From: Sinorhizobium meliloti
GTDB taxonomy: Bacteria; Pseudomonadota; Alphaproteobacteria; Rhizobiales; Rhizobiaceae
Direction of reading: 5' to 3'
Length of the DNA stretch: 32,000 nucleotides
NCBI RefSeq assembly: GCF_017876815.1
Contig: NZ_JAGIOS010000001.1
Coordinates: 1,350,001-1,382,000, forward strand
This document shows, piece by piece, positions 28,735 through 32,000 of the stretch. Each line of letters begins with the position of its first letter. Within the stretch, counting starts at the first letter, position 1. Made by a program: the position numbers and the translations under genes. The notes under the pieces were generated by a model. That model was not told the origin of the DNA, ran no database searches, and was given only the letters and a program-made list of their open reading frames with translations.

Positions 28735-30420
28735 ATGCCGTTTTCCAGTAAAACAAGGCTCCTATATTTGTATTTGCGCGAAGGCCAACGACGATTGGCG
28801 CGCCTGCTTTCGCGCGGAATGACGACGGCGCTGCGCTTTGCGGGGTCTACGCCCGCCCGCCTGATCGTCGCACCCACGGATCTTCGGGCCATCGATCCCT
28901 TCGCCGCCGAAGAGATCCTCGCGGGTCGTTTTCCGCTCGCCGGCCGCGTTCTGGATACCGAAGGCGAATCGCCTTTCGAAATCGACCTGCCGTCGCACGA
29001 GTTCGCGGCCCGGCTTCATTCCTTCGGCTGGCTGCGTCACATGCGGGCGATACAGGACGAAGCCGGCTCGATCAGGCTGCGCCAGATCATGGACGACTGG
29101 ATGGGCAGCCATGGCCGAAGCATCGGCGAAATCTCGTGGGAAGCGGACGTGGTTGCGCAGCGCGTCATCGCCTGGCTGTCCCATTCGCCGGTGGTGCTGC
29201 GCAACGCCGAGCACGGTTTCTATCGCCGCTTCCTGAGAAGCCTTGCCCTTCAGGTCCGCTATCTCCGGAATGTCGCCGAGACCGTTTCCGATGGAGAGGC
29301 GCGCCTGAGGGTTCGCCTGGCACTCGCCATGGCCTCCGTTTCGATGCCGGCTACGGCGTCGGCGATCCGCAAGGCGTCGCGTAATCTGGATCTGGAGCTG
29401 GAGCGGCAGCTTCTGCCCGACGGGGCGCATTTCTCCCGAAACCCCCGCGCCGGGCTCGAGCTGCTGCTCGATCTGCTGCCGCTGCGCCAGACCTATGTCA
29501 ATCTCGGACACGACGTGCCCTCGAGGCTCATTCCCTGCATCGACCGCATGTATCCGGCGCTCCGCTTCTTCCGCCACCAGAGCGGGGAGCTCGCCCTCTT
29601 CAACGGCGCGACTTCGGTTCTCGCCCATGAGCTCGCCTCGGTGCTCAGATATGACGAGACGTCCGGCGAGCCGTTCCGGTCCTTGCCGCACGCCCATTAC
29701 GAACGTCTGGCGATGGGCGATACCGTCATCATCATGGACACCGGACGACCGCTTTCGGTCGACCTGTCGCGCAGCGCCCATGCCGGCTGCCTCTCCTTCG
29801 AGATGTCCTCCGGCAGGAACCGCTTCGTCGTCAACTCCGGCGCGCCGAAATTTGCCGGCGATCGATTTCGGCAGATGGCGCGCACGACCGCCGCGCATTC
29901 CACAGTCACCGTCGACGACACGTCCTCCTGCCGCTTTTCGCAGTCGCGCTTCCTCGGCCCGGTCATGATCAGCGGCCCCTCGCGCATCGTGATCGAGAGG
30001 AAGGACGAGCCGGGAAGCATCGAGCAGGTCAAAGCGAGTCACGACGGCTACCTTGCGCCCTTCGGCCTGATCCACGAGCGCGACATCGGAATTCTCAATG
30101 GCGGGCGGCTGCTACGCGGTCGCGACCGACTGCTGCTGGAGGATGGCAGCGATCCGGAAAATGACGACGACGCGACCGCTGTCGCCCGTTTCCACATCCA
30201 TCCGGCAATCGGCATGCGCCGGCACAGCGAGAGCGAGATATATCTGACGGCACCCGATGGAGAGGCATGGCTCTTCGCCTGTCGCGACGGTGCGCTCGCG
30301 ATCGAGGAGGACATTTTCTTCGCCGATCCCTCCGGCGTGCGCGCCTCGTCGCAGATAAGCGTGACCTTCTCCGCCGCCTCGCAGCCGGAAATCCAGTGGA
30401 CGTTCACACGCGAGGGATGA
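28735..30420 (+). CDS. Heparinase II/III family protein (function unknown in this context)
   Basis: 561 aa. PLAGRVLDTEGESPFEID.., HSFGWLRHMR, LPDGAHFSRNP, HAHAGCLSFEMS and AHSTVTVDD blocks are typical of the conserved alphaproteobacterial heparinase II/III-like protein found upstream of purH. No obvious signal peptide. Confidence 0.72.
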   Translation: MPFSSKTRLLYLYLREGQRRLARLLSRGMTTALRFAGSTPARLIVAPTDLRAIDPFAAEEILAGRFPLAGRVLDTEGESPFEIDLPSHEFAARLHSFGWLRHMRAIQDEAGSIRLRQIMDDWMGSHGRSIGEISWEADVVAQRVIAWLSHSPVVLRNAEHGFYRRFLRSLALQVRYLRNVAETVSDGEARLRVRLALAMASVSMPATASAIRKASRNLDLELERQLLPDGAHFSRNPRAGLELLLDLLPLRQTYVNLGHDVPSRLIPCIDRMYPALRFFRHQSGELALFNGATSVLAHELASVLRYDETSGEPFRSLPHAHYERLAMGDTVIIMDTGRPLSVDLSRSAHAGCLSFEMSSGRNRFVVNSGAPKFAGDRFRQMARTTAAHSTVTVDDTSSCRFSQSRFLGPVMISGPSRIVIERKDEPGSIEQVKASHDGYLAPFGLIHERDIGILNGGRLLRGRDRLLLEDGSDPENDDDATAVARFHIHPAIGMRRHSESEIYLTAPDGEAWLFACRDGALAIEEDIFFADPSGVRASSQISVTFSAASQPEIQWTFTREG

Positions 30421-30561
30421 TCCCGAAATTGCGCCGGGCCTATTTTCCCGTTGTCGCGGCGCCGAAGGTTCCTTCCGGGAACAAGCTATGCTAACGGGCA
30501 GCCATCCCAATCGCCGGAACCTCCTCACTACGCGTCCGGCGCTGCCAAAGGAGCAAGGTCG

Positions 30562-32000
30562 ATGGCTGTCGCCTCCAAGAAAATCCCCGCCCCGGACGAG
30601 GTCCGGATCAAAACCGCCCTCCTTTCGGTCTCCGACAAGACGGGCATCGTCGAACTCGCCCGCGCCCTCAACGACAAGGGTATCCGGCTCATCTCGACCG
30701 GCGGTACGCACAAGGCGCTTGCCGATGCCGGCCTTCCCGTCAGCGACGTGTCGGAGCTGACCGGCTTTCCGGAAATCATGGACGGGCGCGTCAAGACGCT
30801 TCACCCCGGCGTCCATGGCGGTCTTCTCGCGATCCGCGACGACGCGGAGCATGCGGACGCCATGAGCGCGCACGGCATCACCGCGATCGATCTCGCCGTC
30901 ATCAATCTCTATCCCTTCGAAGAAGTCCGGGCCAAGGGCGGCGACTATCCGACCACGGTCGAGAATATCGATATCGGCGGCCCCGCGATGATCCGGGCAT
31001 CGGCCAAGAACCATGCCTATGTGACGATCGTCACCGACCCGGCGGACTATTCGCCGCTGCTGGAGGAAATCGCAGACGGCGCGACGCGCTACGCCTTTCG
31101 CCAGAAAATGGCGGCCAAGGCCTATGCCCGCACGGCGGCCTATGATGCGACGATCTCCAACTGGTTCGCCGAAGTGCTCGACACGCCCATGCCGCGCCAC
31201 CGCGTCCTCGGCGGCCTGCTCAGGGAAGAGATGCGCTACGGCGAGAACCCGCACCAGAAAGCCGGATTCTACGTGACCGGCGAGAAACGGCCGGGAGTGG
31301 CCACGGCGGCGCTGCTACAGGGCAAGCAGCTCTCCTACAACAACATCAACGATACCGATGCCGCCTTCGAACTGGTGGCGGAATTCCTGCCGGAGAAGGC
31401 ACCGGCCTGCGCCATCATCAAGCATGCCAACCCCTGCGGCGTTGCGACCGCGCCCTCGCTCGCGGAAGCCTATCGCCGGGCGCTCGCCTGCGATTCGACC
31501 TCGGCATTCGGCGGCATCATCGCGCTCAACCAGGAACTGGACGCCGAGACCGCGGAAGAGATCGTCAAGCTCTTCACCGAGGTGATCATTGCGCCTTCGG
31601 TCAGCGACGACGCGAAAGCCGTCATCGCCCGCAAACCGAACCTGCGGCTGCTTGCGGCCGGCGGCCTGCCGGATCCGCGCACGCCCGGCCTGACGGCGAA
31701 GACGGTCGCCGGCGGGGTGCTCGTCCAGACGCGCGACAACGGCATGGTCGAGGACCTGGAGCTCAAGGTGGTTACCAAGCGTGCGCCGACGGCGCAGGAA
31801 CTCGAAGACATGAAGTTCGCCTTCAAGGTGGCGAAGCACGTCAAGTCCAATGCCATAGTCTATGCCAAGGACGGCCAGACGGCGGGTATCGGCGCCGGCC
31901 AGATGAGCCGCGTCGATTCCGCGCGCATCGCTGCCATAAAGGCGGAAGAAGCGGCCAAGGCGATGGGCCTCGCCGAGCCGCTGACGCGCGGTTCGGCCGT
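30562..32000 (+). CDS. purH: Bifunctional AICAR transformylase / IMP cyclohydrolase PurH (N-terminal ~479 codons; 3' end beyond the window)
   Basis: Absent from the ORF track because the window edge truncates it. Translation from ATG 30562 (AGGAG 8 nt upstream): [81 protein letters not shown]. Confidence 0.95.
   Translation, partial: MAVASKKIPAPDEVRIKTALLSVSDKTGIVELARALNDKGIRLISTGGTHKALADAGLPVSDVSELTGFPEIMDGRVKTLHPGVHGGLLAIRDDAEHADAMSAHGITAIDLAVINLYPFEEVRAKGGDYPTTVENIDIGGPAMIRASAKNHAYVTIVTDPADYSPLLEEIADGATRYAFRQKMAAKAYARTAAYDATISNWFAEVLDTPMPRHRVLGGLLREEMRYGENPHQKAGFYVTGEKRPGVATAALLQGKQLSYNNINDTDAAFELVAEFLPEKAPACAIIKHANPCGVATAPSLAEAYRRALACDSTSAFGGIIALNQELDAETAEEIVKLFTEVIIAPSVSDDAKAVIARKPNLRLLAAGGLPDPRTPGLTAKTVAGGVLVQTRDNGMVEDLELKVVTKRAPTAQELEDMKFAFKVAKHVKSNAIVYAKDGQTAGIGAGQMSRVDSARIAAIKAEEAAKAMGLAEPLTRGSA

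Noticed and set aside
28762-31254. Long antisense ORFs 28762..30075 (437 aa) and 30112..31254 (380 aa) opposite the heparinase-like gene and purH
   Set aside because: Arg/Gly/Ala-rich translations without motifs; the sense-strand genes are clearly recognisable.

Overview
GC-rich alphaproteobacterial chromosome segment. The proteins and gene order look like the origin-proximal region of a Rhizobiaceae (Sinorhizobium/Ensifer-type) chromosome; this is inferred from recognisable proteins, not from a database search. Gene order: Tim44-like, fxsA, secB, dnaQ, coaE, aroE, maf, PPDK-regulator | hemE, hemJ, rho, mnmE, mnmG, rsmG, parA, parB | holA, lptE, leuS | yggS, prpE-like, DUF1013, acs, DUF1674, htpX, rsmB-like, heparinase II/III-like, purH. 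I support 27 protein-coding genes, two of them truncated by the window edges. Almost all are conserved housekeeping genes packed at high density. By eye I find no tRNA/rRNA, CRISPR array, IS/transposase/integrase, toxin-antitoxin pair or recognisable defence genes. I therefore cannot support a claim of a novel multi-gene system here. The interesting content is non-coding. (1) A candidate oriC lies in the 405-bp gap upstream of hemE, with DnaA-box-like 9-mers, an AT-rich block and five GANTC sites. (2) Six strong and one weaker parS (ParB-binding) palindromes are dispersed over about 22 kb around parAB and the origin. Four carry the same substitution, which creates a CcrM GANTC site inside the ParB box. 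One sits exactly in the spacer of a plausible rho promoter, and three lie inside genes in the same reading frame. (3) Two families of REP-like hairpin repeats occur, one showing a compensatory stem change between copies. (4) An AT-rich 47-bp palindrome lies in a convergent intergenic gap. (5) A 15-bp x5 in-frame tandem repeat lies in fxsA. The least characterised proteins are the DUF1013 (TrcR-like), DUF1674, Tim44-like and heparinase II/III-like products.
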